Shown piece by piece: positions 27,567 through 41,937 of a DNA stretch of 64,000 nt. The translations under genes were made by a program, and so were the position numbers. The notes under the pieces are model-generated. The model saw only the letters and a program-made list of their open reading frames with translations, did not search any database and was not told the DNA's origin. Position 1 is the stretch's first letter. Each line of letters starts with the position of its first letter. Source of the stretch: Felis catus (Eukaryota). The stretch covers positions 158,660,001 to 158,724,000 of the forward strand of contig NC_058368.1 of assembly GCF_018350175.1 (NCBI RefSeq), read 5' to 3'.

Positions 27567-28884
27567 ATAAAAATCCAAAAACAAACAAAATAAAACAAAA
27601 CAAAACAGCCCAAAGATACTCATTACTAACGCTAACTAAAATGAAAGGTAAGAATTTGTTAAGAAAATTAACTTTCAACTTCCACAAGATTTTTCTAAAG
27701 ACAAACTGAGTGTCTGCTTAGAGAACTCCAAAACGGCTTTGCAAAGATAACTTTGTAAAAATATCATGATATTTACTGAGTTATATTTTAAAAAATTAAA
27801 AAAGAATTCTAGTTGGATAGTATAGTTTCTTCTTTCTGATCAGGCCCAATGCTTCAACAGAAGTTTTCTAAATCCTCTGCTAAGCATTTATTCCTTGCCC
27901 ATCCATAAAGACTTCTCACTCTAGAGTGTTACTGTAAGACAGTTTAAACTAACAACTCAGGGGTTTCTCACCCTTTTATGTCTTTAATGTAGAAAGTATA
28001 TGAGGGAGGTGGGAAAAACCTAAGATACCCCTGTCTATTTAGTACAGATTCTACAGTTCACATGTTAGATTTCACTGTCAACCTCAGCCAACTGTAGGCA
28101 TATGCCAAAAGCAAAACTTAGGTATTAAAACAAGGGTAGAGGACTACAGTGAAAACCAAAATGATGTTTTTACAAATCCTGTTAGAATGCTACTCAGATG
28201 TGTGAGAAATGCCATCCAACTGATATATTTAGTGATCAAAACTTATCACCCAATGGTAAAAGGGAAAGACTCAGTGCAATAGCACACTTACTAAGCTCCC
28301 AGGGAGTACAGAACTCTTTGAGAAGATGAGAAATCAAGGTGGTATATTTTGTACCGTTTCATGCACAATGCAGCAAAAACGTCTGTGGAAACAATCATTT
28401 TGCTGGTAAGGAAAAGAAAATTTATTCCTATCATTATAGTAATATATTTGTTAAGTAGTTCATTACAGGTACAAAAATGATAAGAAAGTGGGGGTCACCA
28501 ATTGAAATAACACCCAGAATGTTAAAACACATAATAAATGCATGAAAGAATCATCGTTAGTTAAAAACAGGAAAGAACCTCCACTATCCTCTGTGCCCCC
28601 TCACTTCATGATCTGTTCTGTCCTGGAGGAGCCTGGGGTAGGTGAAACAGGAGAATGGGCCTGTAGGTGAGGCTGTAGTGAAGATGGTGAGATTCCAGGC
28701 ATGTAGGCATGCAGACTCCACTGCAGTAACTGAGCCTGAGCCAACTTATAGCTACTCATCTCTAGAGGATCAAGTACCTAAAGAAGGGAGAAGACACTGA
28801 TTGAAATTCAGGAAGATTATCTTCTCTGAAATAATTTCTTCACTTACTTGCTAATGCTTTGATTCTTAAAAATTTACAATTTAA

Positions 28885-29102
28885 GGGGCGCCTGGGTGGC
28901 GCAGTCGGTTAAGCGTCCAACTTCAGCCAGGTCACGATCTTGCAGTACGTGAGTTCGAGCCCCAGGTCAGGCTCTGGGCTGATGGCTCAGAACCTGGAGC
29001 CTGTTTCCGATTCTGTGTCTCCCTCTCTCTCTGCCCCTCCCCCGTTCATGCTCTGTCTCTCTCTGTCCCAAAAATAAATAAACGTTGAAAAAAAAATTAA
29101 AA
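28885..29102 (+). mobile_element. Young SINEC_Fc-type SINE
   Basis: TSD AAAAATTTACAATTTAAG at 28868-28885 and 29103-29120. Confidence 0.95.
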
Positions 29103-31794
29103 AAAAATTTACAATTTAAGATAAAGTAAATAAAATGAAAAATAATTCAAGTCATGCAGTTAAATAAACAGAGAGAGTAAATCCCTTACAAAAACAATGG
29201 GGAACATAGCAGATCCATCCAGATTCCAATGGGAGATGGGTGGAAGGCCCTAAGAGCTGGATTGGCACAAGAGGGTCAAGGGTTGCCTATGTGCAAGACC
29301 GTTTCTAGGGGTGTTCTGGAGGGTGAAGAAGGGCAAGGCCCTGAAGAAAGTGACTTTGCTGAGGTAATAACTAACGACTGTTTAGTGTTAGCTAAACAAA
29401 ACTAAAGACACCAGTAGGAAGAATGAATAGCTGGTTAACATCAACTTTGTTAACTCTTAACTGGGAAAGGTCAATGAGATATTTGAATCAAGGTATTCAT
29501 GAGAGGGTCAGTTGGAAAGGCAACTTCTGACAAAAGTTCTGACAAATTCAAAAGACACAGGTAACATAAAATAACTTTATTTCAGACATATTTACCCTGA
29601 TATTTCACTACATTTAGGAAATCACCAGTAAGTACTAATCTGTTTAACTACGTGAAAAGGTAAGTAGAAAATTGATTAATATCCCATTCACAGATTAAAA
29701 GAATATACGTCTCTTCATTTTCATACAATATTATAAAAAATGCTTTCTTAAAATAATATCCTTCCCCACAAGATAAAACTGCTAGTGAACTGCTCTTTAT
29801 CTGTGTCAGGGCAGTTAGAATCAACACTTTTAACCAGAAAAAACAATGAAAGTACATCCATTTATCCAAACCTTCTGTTACATATATATATTTGGGGGCC
29901 TGAATGAGCCCATGTCATCTTGACTATTTTAAGTAACCAATTACCCAGCTCTGTCTTGGTATTTGGTCCTGGAAGAGAAGTAAAAATTGATTAAGAAATA
30001 CTTTAGAGGCCAAAGATATCACCAGAGGAGGTTTTACTAGTAAGGTGAGAGAATTTGAATGTTCATTTACAAGACTGGAGATATTGATGCCAAGCCCTTG
30101 GGTCATTAGGTATGTGTTCTGTGGAAAACTGAACATATTACTGTTAACTGTGGCTGGCTGACTTCCAGCATAATATATATTTTGAAAGAAAAAGAAAAAC
30201 AGTTTAACATTTTTTGTTTTGGGAGTGACTTTTTCCAGTGGATTTTACAACAATATTTTCTTTCATAAAAGTTTATCTAGTAATAACTAGGGCTCCTCTC
30301 CCGCTCCTTGCATTTTCTCACAGGAACCATCCCCTCCCCCTACCTTTTGCTATCCAGTACAGGAGTTTATTTTGCTGCGTGTTGAAGAAAAAATTTACAC
30401 AGGTTGTGGCTATAAAGTGATCAGATTGATCCTAAAAAAGGTGTCTGAACTCCAGCTGAGTCTTTGAGCCTCTCGTCAAACGCAAAGAGTTGAGGTCTCC
30501 TTTAAAGAACGGATAGACTAATTGAAGCTAACATTTTTTTTTTTTTTTTCCTTTAGATGGTCATGTTTCTGGGGTATGACTTCTTTGGAATGTTTAAATC
30601 TTTGCAACAGTAATGAGCAAAGTAAAATGAAAACCTAGACTACAAAAAAAATATATTAATATTAGATTAAAACAAACCCAGGAAGAATGTTTATTGGCTG
30701 TAAATAAATGACTTAAACCTGAGATTAGTTGATGGCTATCAACTAAGTTCAAGCAAGCCACTAACTTCATAGCTCCATATATTTTAGATGAAACTTCCTG
30801 TAAAGATTGCATCATTAGTATACTCTTAATTCAATTCAGGCTATATTTATGGATATGCTTACATTAAGATAAAAGCCTCGCGCCCATCCATTTCACATTG
30901 TAAACTATAATTTCCATTTCACTTCCTTTGCAGTCACTATTAGAGTACTGCACTTAGCATGTATCCTGTTGACACAGAAGAAATATTTCTTTTCAAAATT
31001 TGTTTGAAAGAGGAATAGAAAACTGCATACAAAGGGGGCCTATGTTTCTATGAATTGAAAACTAGAGAAAGACCAAGTTAGAGAATGATACATTCTTCTG
31101 ATCCTCCCCAGGTACCTCAGTAGCTTTGAGCTCAAGGAAAAAGTACTACTCCCCACCTCACCACCTTAATCCCCTCCTACCTCCTCATGAACAACCAGAA
31201 ATGTTCCAGGCAGAGCTTCAGTCTACTGATATCGGTTTTCTTGGGCCTGTGAGAAAAATGAAAGGCTTATCATGGAAAAACAAACAAACAAACAAACAAA
31301 AAAAAACCCAACATATTTTCTAAAAAGGGAGGAAATTTTGTGGAGAATAGGACTCAAAACCTGGACCTGGTTGTAAGGACTGTCTCCTCTCATACCTCCA
31401 CAACACCAGGAAGACAAGTCAAAGTTTGTGGACCTTAGTGACTTTGCAAAAGAGACCCCTGGGCTGGATACCAAGTTCTAAACCACAGATACTCTGGTTT
31501 TTCTACCTTTCACCTTCCTGGTACTTACCAATTCCATTTTTTCCTCCCACTTACTCCCAACCCTATTCACTCCATGTGATTTTGGGCAAGTAATTTTACA
31601 TCTAAAAATGTTTTCTCATCTCTAAAATAAAAACAAACTAATCAAGAATGTTTACACCTCCAGTATAATAGTAAGATTCTATCCCAGATTGTCTAAACCT
31701 TAATACTGGGCAACATTTTAGCTTCTGTTCAAGATTCCTTCCAATCTACCCACACTGACAAAGTTTCCCTAGTTCCCCTTTCCATCCCCTTTAT

Positions 31795-31923
31795 TTTTAG
31801 TTTTTAATTAATTTTTTTTTCTTTTTAATTTTTAAATAATGTCTACACCCAATGTGGGACTTGAACTCATGATCCCAAGATCAAGAGTTACATGCTCTAC
31901 CAACAGAGCCAGCCAGGTGCCTC
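31795..31923 (-). mobile_element. Short, older SINEC
   Basis: CCCAATGTGGGACTTGAACTCATGATCCCAAGATCAAGAG...GAGCCAGCCAGGTGCC. Confidence 0.85.
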
Positions 31924-33815
31924 ACCACCCCCTTTAAAATCAAATCATTACTGCTCAAAATCTACAATCGCTCCTTTCCAATACATCAAGGTAAATTCTA
32001 ACAAAAATTTTAAAATAATCTTTAATTTCGTCATTTGCTGCACAATACCCCTTTCCCAACCATAGCACACTATATTTATTTGTCTTCTGCATGATTTCCT
32101 CTTTGCAAGCTCTTTTTTTTAATCTACCTATTCAACCAAATCCCTCTTCCCTATAATTCACCAAATCACTCTGAACTTTCACTTATCCACTGTCCTTGGA
32201 GGTTCCTCAGTGAGATCAATGGTGTCAGGCTTTCAGTACAGTTGACTTTGTACTGTCCTTTAATTGTTATGTGTTTAATCTTGTTTCTTCAAATATAGTG
32301 GATGCTTTAGGTCAACAAAAATTTTATCTTAAAAGTCTGTATACTTCCTCAGTATCTTTAGACAACATCAAGCACGTGCAAAATGTACGGGTTAATATTG
32401 TATTTTTATTCCTAATGTAAGTTGAACCTCTTCCACTAAAAGCAGTTATAGTAATCACCCTTATTGGATTCATTCATTTCAAGTGGTTACTTTTTTTTAA
32501 ATGGAACCATGTAATATTGTGACAAATATTCCAAGGATTATATTTTATTTGTATTATGAGGCACACTCCTATTTATGGAATTAAGCCTACATAATCTGAT
32601 TCTAAATGTTACATAAAATACTAATTTTATTGTCATCATTATTTAAAATAGTAAGACAAAAGAAAAACTTACATTTAAAATGTAACAATATTAGTCCCTC
32701 ACTGTGTTGTAGACTTTGGAGTTATTCCTACACTCCTTGTTATTACACAACTGTGTAACTCACGGTTATTTTGAACTTTACCTCATTCCCAGCCTGCTAC
32801 AGTTGCATAAGATGGTTCCAGAACTTCATATAGCAAATCAAGGTCAAACTAAGATATGGCCTGATGCTCTCTAGGGAGATGTTCTGAAGAGAGATGAAGA
32901 ATAATGGAGATGGTGAGCCTTAGCCACCCAGAATATTGAATGCGACTTGAAATAAACTTACACCTCAGGGAAGTGTTCTCCCTGAGAACCTAATGAACTC
33001 ATACCTCCACCTTGTGGAAGTGGCTGATAAACCTCTGGGCTGCGGGTTTACCTGTTAAGTTCTTTAACTAGACAACTATGTTTTGTCATAACATTTACTG
33101 AGTACTTGACTAAAAGAATGATTATCTTCTAGTTAGTAGCCTTAAAAGATCTTTAAGGTTCTGGAGAAAGCTCAAAGACAGCCAGCTAGGCACCAAAGAA
33201 CAGACCCACGGCTACCCATATCACAAAGTTATTTAGCACAAGTATAAACTGCATTATCTCATAGGAAAAACTTATTTAGTGGGAGCAACAAGTAGAGGAT
33301 GCAAGGTTACAAGCAAAGCATTTGTACGTTGAGATGAAAACAGCACCAAAAAGATCACAGGTGAAATATCAGTGACCTTGGAAATAGAAAAGATTCCTCC
33401 AGAATCTTCCTTTTGGTAATCTGAAATCATTTGGGAAATACTTCCTAATATATAACATGTATCAGGTACTGTGCTAAGCTCCTTACAGGTGTTATTTAAT
33501 TTTTATAATAATTCTAAGACAGGCACTATTAAATGTCCTCATCTCACAAATCAAAAAAGTGAGGTTAGAGAGGTTACAGAAGGCACTTGAGGTCTGGGAA
33601 GTGGTTGAACCAGGATCTAAATTTGGAACTCGCAGACTCAAAGTGTTTTATTAACCACAGTACATGTCTTGACTACATTAGTAGTACACTTAAATTGTTT
33701 TTGCTCATTGTTCACTATGGACGTTTTAAATGTGAGGGTTACATCTTGTTTGATAGACCAAATTCTAATTTCTAATTGAGGACTACTCAAAAACATCTTT
33801 TAAAAATTGTGAGTA

Positions 33816-33997
33816 GGGGTACCTGGGTGGCTCAGTCAGTTAATCATCTGACTTCAGCTTAGGTCATGATCTCATGGTTCGGGAGTTAGAGCCCCATATG
33901 GGGGGGGCTCTCTGCTGTCAGCAGAGTCCACTTCAGATCTCTCTCTCTCTGCCCCTCCCTGGCTCACGCTCTCTCTCAAAAATAAATATTAAAAAAA
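33816..33997 (+). mobile_element. SINEC
   Basis: Head, body and tail. Confidence 0.9.
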
Positions 33998-34608
33998 TAT
34001 TAGACACTGATTAGACACTGAATAATTTGCTTAGATTTATGCATTTGATGTATCTGTTCTGCCAACCACAAGAAACCTGAGGCTATTCAGGATAAGAACT
34101 GCTTACTTAGATTTCAAAGTTCCTAGAGTAATAGTGTTTATGTAGTAGGTACCCAAAAGTGGACTGCATCAACTGAATAAAAATTGAGTAGGAAGATGTC
34201 ATATAGTTTCATTCCCAGTTTACCTTTGATACTCTAAATATAATATGTACTGCAAGATAAATATTCTATGGTTCTATTAAGATGTCTTCAACATTATTTT
34301 ACTGAAATGCTTTAAAGTAGATCTATTTAGTAAATGCTGTGAAGACACACCTAAAATTTGAAGCTAGGTAAACACTTTCCAAGTTAGCGTTAATTTTCAA
34401 GGGAATTGGACATTTTCTTGTGTCTATGTAATTAAAGGTATTTATTAATGATAGGTCTTGCAAATAGAAGAATGAATTTTACAAAGGTGAAAGGGAATCT
34501 GCTGTCTTTATCATTCTTGGAAATAAATCTGCTGTTATTTCCTCTAGTAGATCATTACCACTGATGCAAGTAATTTTAGGACATTCTGGCTGGTGACTGT
34601 GGAGTGAC

Positions 34609-34626
34609 ATTGCCATCTAGTGGTCA
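34609..34626 (-). promoter_or_regulatory. CTCF-like motif TGACCACTAGATGGCAAT
   Basis: Matches the CTCF core CCASYAGRKGGCR at every position. Confidence 0.6.
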
Positions 34627-35028
34627 TTTTTTTCCCATAGGTGATGCCCCTCTTCTGGCCTACTGGGTGATGCTGAGACTTGAATATCATCGGTAGATGT
34701 ACTTAAGCACCCATCTTCCAATCTCACTGGATTACAAAGTCTTTGTATTACAATGCCTTATGTATTTTCTTTCCCCTGCACTATTTACTTGTTAAGTGAA
34801 AACATGTTTTGGACCCACCCAAGAATATTAGAAAGAGGTTTTCATTCCTTATCCCTTCTACCTCCTTATACTCCTAACTCTTCTACTTCTGCTCAGGCCT
34901 GCATAAATACGGACAAATATGGAAACTGGTGAGACTACGGCAACTTTCTGTTCCCATGACCACATTACCAATTTAAATAGTGGAAAACAAAATTATGCAT
35001 CACTGGCTGATCCTTAATACTGGAGCCT

Positions 35029-35241
35029 TGGGGCACCTGGGTGGCTCAGTCAATTAAGTGTCCAACTCTTGATACCGGTTCAGGTCATGATCTCATAGTT
35101 ATTAGTGAGATTGAGCCCTGCGTTGGACTCTGTGCTGACAGCATGGAACCTGCTTGGAATTCTCTCTTTCCCTCTCTCTCTGACCCTCCCCAGATCGCGC
35201 CCATAATCTCTCTCTAATAAACGCTAAAAAAAAAAAAAAAA
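35029..35241 (+). mobile_element. SINEC
   Basis: Head, body and tail; imperfect TSD AATACTG(G/A)AGCCT. Confidence 0.9.
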
Positions 35242-35803
35242 TACTGAAGCCTAAGAAAAACAGGTGGCAGTAAATTCTCCCAGTGGTTAAATAAAATAAA
35301 AACAAATTGTTAGCAGAGTATCAGAAAGCTAAACATGATTACAATCATTGTATCATTCTAAAAGCTATACTTTAATGAATGTTTACAAAGTGCTGGGCAT
35401 TGTTCTTAGTGCTTCTGTGTATTATCTCACCTAGTCCTAAAAACAACCCTATTAAATAGTTACAAATCCAATTGTAACTAGTAAGAAAATTGAGGTGGAA
35501 AAGGAGAGAGACACATATACGACTTGCTTAAAGTTCTTTACATTAGCAAGTGGAAAAACTGGGATTTGATACCATGGAATCTATTTGTTTTTGGTAGAGA
35601 ACAAAAAGCAACACAAATAGTGAAATTTAGTTTTTTTTTAAATATGCAAATATTCCTAATAAAGATTATTTTAAAAAACAGATTTTAGCAGATTGACTAA
35701 TCATCTAAAATATTTGGAGGAATTAAATTGGTTTAGCAGAATTACTAAAATTATTCTTTAGAAGACACATACCAAAGGAGTCAAATTAATATATGAAAGA
35801 GAG

Positions 35804-35809
35804 TTTATT
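35804..35809 (-). terminator. Candidate RIOK2 polyadenylation signal AATAAA
   Basis: First AATAAA about 100 nt after the stop, followed by U/GU-rich sequence (CTTTGGTATGTGTCTT). Confidence 0.6.
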
Positions 35810-35907
35810 TATCTATTTATGTATCTGCCTTGGTCTAGAAAAGACTAAAGATGGCTTAAAAGGGGATCATACTAATGTTCTGGAAAACATTCAAAATCTT
35901 AAATATA

Positions 35908-36072
35908 TTACTCTCCCCAAAAGTTAGCTGCTTCCAAGCTTGACTTAATATTTTGCATGTTTTCTCTCCGTTGTTTTGTAAATATATTTGCTTCTCCTTT
36001 CTGTAATCGACGTCTGGCAGCTGATTTTTGCTGTTTTGTCAACTGACGTTTCACCTTCTGTTTCACCAATTC
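35908..36072 (-). CDS. RIOK2: RIOK2 last coding exon (ELVKQKVKRQLTKQQK...SSLEAANFWGE*)
   Basis: TTCCAG| acceptor; TAA at 35910-35908; exon lengths sum to 1659 nt = 552 aa. Confidence 0.96.
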   Translation of the reverse strand, partial: ELVKQKVKRQLTKQQKSAARRRLQKGEANIFTKQRRENMQNIKSSLEAANFWGE

Positions 36073-37883
36073 CTGGAAAGATTTCATGAATTAGTATTAC
36101 TGATTACTGAACATTTTAATAAGGAGACAATATTCAATAAAACAAAGATTTGCATTGTTAATATTTTTCATATTTGTTAACAAGCATGAATTTCTTAAAT
36201 TCCAAACACTGACAGTACCATATGAACCAGCAACAAAATAAACCACAAATTAATGGTTATAAAATAGAAGAAATTAAATTCCTAATAGAAATACAGATTA
36301 TAGCAAAAAGTAGTAGTCACAATTCTTTGAATAACAAACCACAACAGTGCCACCTAGTGTCCATGAGGAAAACTGAAAACAAAAACAAAAAAAATTTACC
36401 CAACAAGATAAAAAACTGCTTGTTCCTCTGCTTTTGAGGTAAAAGTAGACATGGCTTTGTAGTAGAAAATTATGTTTGAAAGCATTCACTACTGGCCAAA
36501 ATTTATCCAAGAGTGCCTTCATAACTTCAGGTGTAGAGACGACCTGATGGCAGCAGTTACATGGTAAAGTCTTCACACAGTTTCTGGGAGATGTAGAATG
36601 TTTTCTCAGTGAATAATCATAACTTCAAATTATTTCTTATTAAGACCCAGGCTGCCAATGTCGCTTACAAGATGAATAAAAGTTTGAATATTCTGCTCCC
36701 AATAATCTTTTCTTCCTCTGAAGCACTACAGCCTGTTATTTAATTGTATATACCCTTGTACCACCCTACTTATTTCCTAAAAAAGAAATAAACACTGCAA
36801 GCATTGAAGGAAAGGTCTCTTGTTAATATGCCCTACACTCTGCTAGGCACAAAGAAACATTTATTAAAACCTGTCAAGTTAAAAAAATTAAAGAATAATC
36901 AATCTGAGGTAAAAATGGCCTAACTAGTCGGCTTATGTTTCTTGAATTGCACATGTGTATTATAAAACTTGGACCAGGTGAGTTAAAAGCAGACTTTGCA
37001 TTTTTACATAGTTAAGTAGACTACATTCAATTAACAGGCTTTAACAAGTCATCCCTCTTGATTTTAGTCTACTGATTCCCAATGGGAAAAAAGGTTAAGA
37101 AAATAAACAGATGGATCATTCAGTTTTCAATTCCCTGCAGAGGCTGATATCCCATGAGATGTAGTTCCCCAAACCCAGTAAGGCAGGAGACTTAGAAGGA
37201 ACTGGCACCTCAGAAGTTTCAGAACTGAAAGCTGTAGGACTGGTTGAAAAGCTTAGAACAAATATGACTGGGCTCTAGCACCCCTCCCTATCCTAGGAAG
37301 AAGACAGGCAATTATCATAGCCTACTCACCCCAGCAAGAGACCAGAACCCTGAATGAGAAAAACATCTTAACTACAACAAAGATAAGAGAGCAATACTTT
37401 CAAAATTCTGAAGGAAAATCATTTCCAAACTACAACTCGAACACTTAAAACTCCCAATCCAGTGTGAGAACAGGATAAAAAGACATTTTTAGCAATAAAA
37501 AGTACCGCTTCTACCATTCACTCAAATAATTACTGGAATCAATACTGCCAAATAAAGAGATGGAACTAGAAAAGAGGCAACCAAACAAATAGGAAAGGAG
37601 AGATCATCCCAGGAAGACAACAGTAGAGCATGTACCACACTTAAAACCAGAGGAATTCAGAGGCCTCTAGAATATTTTCAAGAAAAAAAAATCAATTTCT
37701 TTTCTAAATATTCTGTGTGAATTTCCCCTTGGTTCTTCACTTTGATGAGACCACAGGATAATCATATCAAGAACCTCAAGAAAATAAGGAAATAATGGAT
37801 TATTATGCATGCTCCTCCTTCTAATCCAGGACAATTTATGAATCCTACAAGGTTAATTTTTTTCATGTTAAAAAAAAGTGGAA

Positions 37884-38060
37884 GGGGTGCCTGGGTGGCT
37901 CAGTAGGTTAAGTATCCAACTGTTGATTTCAGCTCAGGTCATGATCTCATGGTTCAGGAGTTTGAGCCCTGCATCTGGCTCCATGCAACAGTGTAGAGCC
38001 TGCTTAAGATTCTCTCTCCCTCTCTCTCATTCTCTCTCAAGAAAAAAAAAAAAAAAAAAA
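37884..38060 (+). mobile_element. SINEC in RIOK2 intron 9
   Basis: Head, body and tail. Confidence 0.9.
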
Positions 38061-39331
38061 GGCAGGAGAAAAATCTCATTTAGTATTTATTTTTTAAAAA
38101 AATACTTGTGTATTATTTCAGGGAGTACATAAAAAATTAAACAAAAATCATGCATTTTGTTGATTCTGTTGTTCGGTTGTTGTGGGCCATATGTTTATTA
38201 AAAAGCAATATACCTAAATGTTTAATAAGAATTTGTTACATATTACAAAGAACAGGGTTCACAGGTGGCAACTTTGCTAATAAATAGAGAACGACAGAAG
38301 TATTTATATGAAGAAAACATCTTACAATTACAGTTTCAAAGAACAGAGAAAATCTTTTACCATATAGGAAAATAATCATCAAATTAACAGAGGTAAAAAA
38401 ATAAAGTTTCTTTTCTTATGACTTTTTAACAAAATGAAATGTGACCTCAAGGAAAAAAGGGTGACCAAAATTTCAAAAGAATGTAGAGTTAAGATCATCA
38501 ATTTGTTTCCAATGATTAGAGGGAAATCTTTTTGATCAAGCTGGCTGAAGAGATCTTTTTCCTCTTAGAAGGCAAATTTGTATTTTATAATGCAATTCTT
38601 TATAGGTTTGACCCCATCTTAAACTTTAAGTTCCTATTAGCTATAAAGGAAATGAGGTAAAGTCAAGACTTACAGACAATGTCAGTGTCATCTTTTATAT
38701 ACAAAAGACAGCATAACTTAGCATGAGTTAGTAATCTACATTTTTCTTTATATGTGGTTGCCAATTTTATGCCTCTGTAATTGTATAAAAGCACTTATGT
38801 TTGGCATCTGAGACATCAAAGAGTGTAAATAAAACTCAAGTACAGAAAATATCAAAGCCAAGGGTGGACAGACAATCATAAAGTGTGAGAAATTCTTAAT
38901 AAAGACAGGTTGATAATACTTAAAGGGAAATTTTTATCTTTTAATATAATTAATAGATGTTTCAAAAATTCCAAACATTTATAGTTTTCATCTAGAATAT
39001 CAAGTAAATTATAAGCTCAGCAGAAAAGAGTATATAAAAATCAATACACTTATAGAATTTCACTTTTATTTTGGTCTCACAACTCTGAATGTTCATATTA
39101 TTAAGAAAGTTCCTAGAACCATTAAAAATGTGTTATGTTACAGAATACAGTATGTTCTTTTTAGCCTATCTTTTATAATTCTGATTTAATTTTGTAAATA
39201 TCCCATATTATATCCATAGGACACACATTTTAACTTATTGGACAATATATATGAATTTGGAAATCATAAGTTCAGTAAAAACAAAATTCTTTTATTTTGA
39301 ATTCATATTCCACATAATTTTATTTCTTCCT

Positions 39332-39792
39332 GGTTTTTTTTCTAAATTTTTTAATGTTCCCTTTTATTTTTTAAATTTTAACTCCATTTATTTTTGAGAG
39401 TGAGTGTGAGAGAGAGTGAGCAGGGGAGGGGCAGAGAGAGAGGGAGAGAAAGAGGGAGAAACAATGTCAAGCAGGCACCATGCTGTCAGCAGAGTCTGAT
39501 GCAGAGCTCGAACTCAAAAACCATGAGATCATGACCTGAGCCGAAACCAAGTGTCAGATGCTTAACCTACTGAGCCACCCAGGTGCCCCTTTTAATGTTT
39601 ATTTTTGACAAAGAGAGAGAGAGATAGGAGAGCACTAATGGGAGAGGGGCACAGAGAAAGGGAGAGAGAGAATCCAAAGCAGCCTCTGAGCTATCAGCGC
39701 AAAGCCTGATGTGGGGCTTGAACACATGAACTGTGATATCATGACCTCAGCTGAAGTAGGATGCTCAGCCAACTGAGCCATCCAGGTGCCCC
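39332..39792 (-). mobile_element. Two head-to-tail SINEC copies (39332-39589 and 39590-39792)
   Basis: Two GGGGCACC heads and two A tails on the minus strand. Confidence 0.9.
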
Positions 39793-40352
39793 TATTGCCT
39801 CCTTTCTAACTTCTAAATTGATTTTCTTCTTTTGTTTATATTAAATGAAGTTATCACTAAAAACTGGTTTTAAGGATATGCAGTTTAATGGCTTTAAGTA
39901 CAAGGGAAGTCCCCAATACACCAAGTATGTAATTTTATCTCTTTCCTTAAAATCTACAAAGGAAGTAAACTGATTCTTCCTCTTGGGCAGCCTGGAGAGT
40001 ATGGCAGACAGTAAAATCCAGGAGCTGGACTATTTGTGTTCACTATCCTGCACAGAAAATGTCCCTTAAGAAATTCTTTTGAACATTGCTGGTAAATGTC
40101 TAACAAAAGCTTTAGGTCAAAAATTTTTAAATTACCTATTTTCTCCTTCAAAATTTAGTGAAGCTGGCACATCTTCACACTGTAGCTGCATTGCTGTCAC
40201 TAGCTGGGTAATCTTGAGCAAAGTCATGTAACCTATCTGGGCCTCAATTTCCTCATTGTTAAAATGCAAGGACTAGACCATATCTGAGTATCTACAATCC
40301 AACCAGGGTAGTGACCTAATCAACATTTGGAAAATGCTGAATGAATAGTTAC

Positions 40353-40449
40353 CGGAGGAATTGTTGAACAGCTTAAAACACTGCCCACAGAAGTAACACT
40401 CAGAGTTCTTGTTCTGTACTGTTTAGTATCTTCCATACTTTCTTCATCT
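40353..40449 (-). CDS. RIOK2: RIOK2 exon 9 (DEESMEDTKQYRTRTLSVTSVGSVLSCSTIPP)
   Basis: TTTTAG| acceptor, CCG|GTAACT donor, 97 nt; RTRTLS basophilic motif (Ser483) retained. Confidence 0.93.
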
Positions 40450-41937
40450 CTAAAATTAAAACAAAGTCACAAATTACCTCATTTTTTATAGTTAATTATG
40501 TGTCATTTATACTTATCCTTACATAATAAAATATCGTTATATTTAAAATTTCTGTGAAGGTAAAAGTCACACATTTCACAATTCAGCCCAATATATTAAT
40601 AATTTCCATTTTTCAGCATTCTAATAGTCACCATCAAAACTGCAAAACGTTAGAATGTTTCAGCCATCAAAATTTGTTACCACTTCCCCAGAATTTATAT
40701 CTCTTTTCCGCTAATCTCTTGTTCTTTCATTGAACTTTACACATATCTGCCTCTTACATTTAAATTCTTAGAACACTTCCCTGCCATCTCCTAAACAACA
40801 AAAGATATAATGGGACCAGAGGCGGTATTCTTAATCTGTATCATCTGCCCTGCTAAGGGAGAAAAACTGCAATGATGGAAACAAACTTGTTTTACACATT
40901 GCTCAAAGTTTTAATATATACAAAGTTTAAGACACTCGACCATATTAACACCGAACAGTCAATATTTTTCAGCACCATCTCTTATGTTTCTACTCTGAAT
41001 AATAAAAATTTTGCCCAACATGTGTTTAAAGAGAACAAGTTATTCTGTGCTAAGACTCTTTAACCTCTGTAGATTTTCTTCAATTACTTAAAATCCTCAG
41101 TTCCTGCCACTCTTGATTTTAACTTATAATTTTAATTTTACAAATTTATTATTTGAGTTGTAATTGCCCCGAGACTCCAGATACAGTTTTACAGAAAAGG
41201 CACAAAATTTTCATGTTTTGTTTCACGATAAAACTCTAAAGACAGCCTTAGGATGTACTGAGAAATGCCTAATAAATGTACTATTGATATAGTTTTGTCT
41301 TATTACTATTTTGAAATAATTAAAACTCCTTTCATGATTCAGGATAAACTATTCCAAATATAAAAATTAAATTTTTTATCTTTTGCTAAGTTCAGGCTGC
41401 TAATTCATTAATATTTGCAAGAAAAAAAAAAAAAAACTCTTAGGAAAAAAAAACATATAATGTTAAATAATTTTAACTGTACATGAACAAATATTGATAG
41501 AAGGTTCAAAGTACCAGAGAAAATTCACTCTAAGTAGATATCTTAAGAGAGCACATTTACTACATGTTTACTGGACTACATATAAACCAAACACATATAC
41601 AACTACAAAAATATATGAACATTCGTACATCTAGAACTTGACCAATTTACCAATTATTGTAAATAATTCTTTTAAAGTAATCAGTTTGCATTTTTAAGGC
41701 AGAACTGTTTAAAAACGAATCAATAAATTTCCGAGGATTAGGTCCATTGTAGAAGGTAATCTAAATTTTAACAATAAAAGGGTTATTTGCTTTCTCAGTT
41801 TTTAAACATAATGGGACAGAATACAGCTCTATCATTTGAAAAACAAGAACAAAAACGCCACTCATTTATCAGAATTGAAGAAAGTATAGGTCTCCACATT
41901 AAAGTAAAAAAAAAAATCAATCAACAGAAATCTATAC

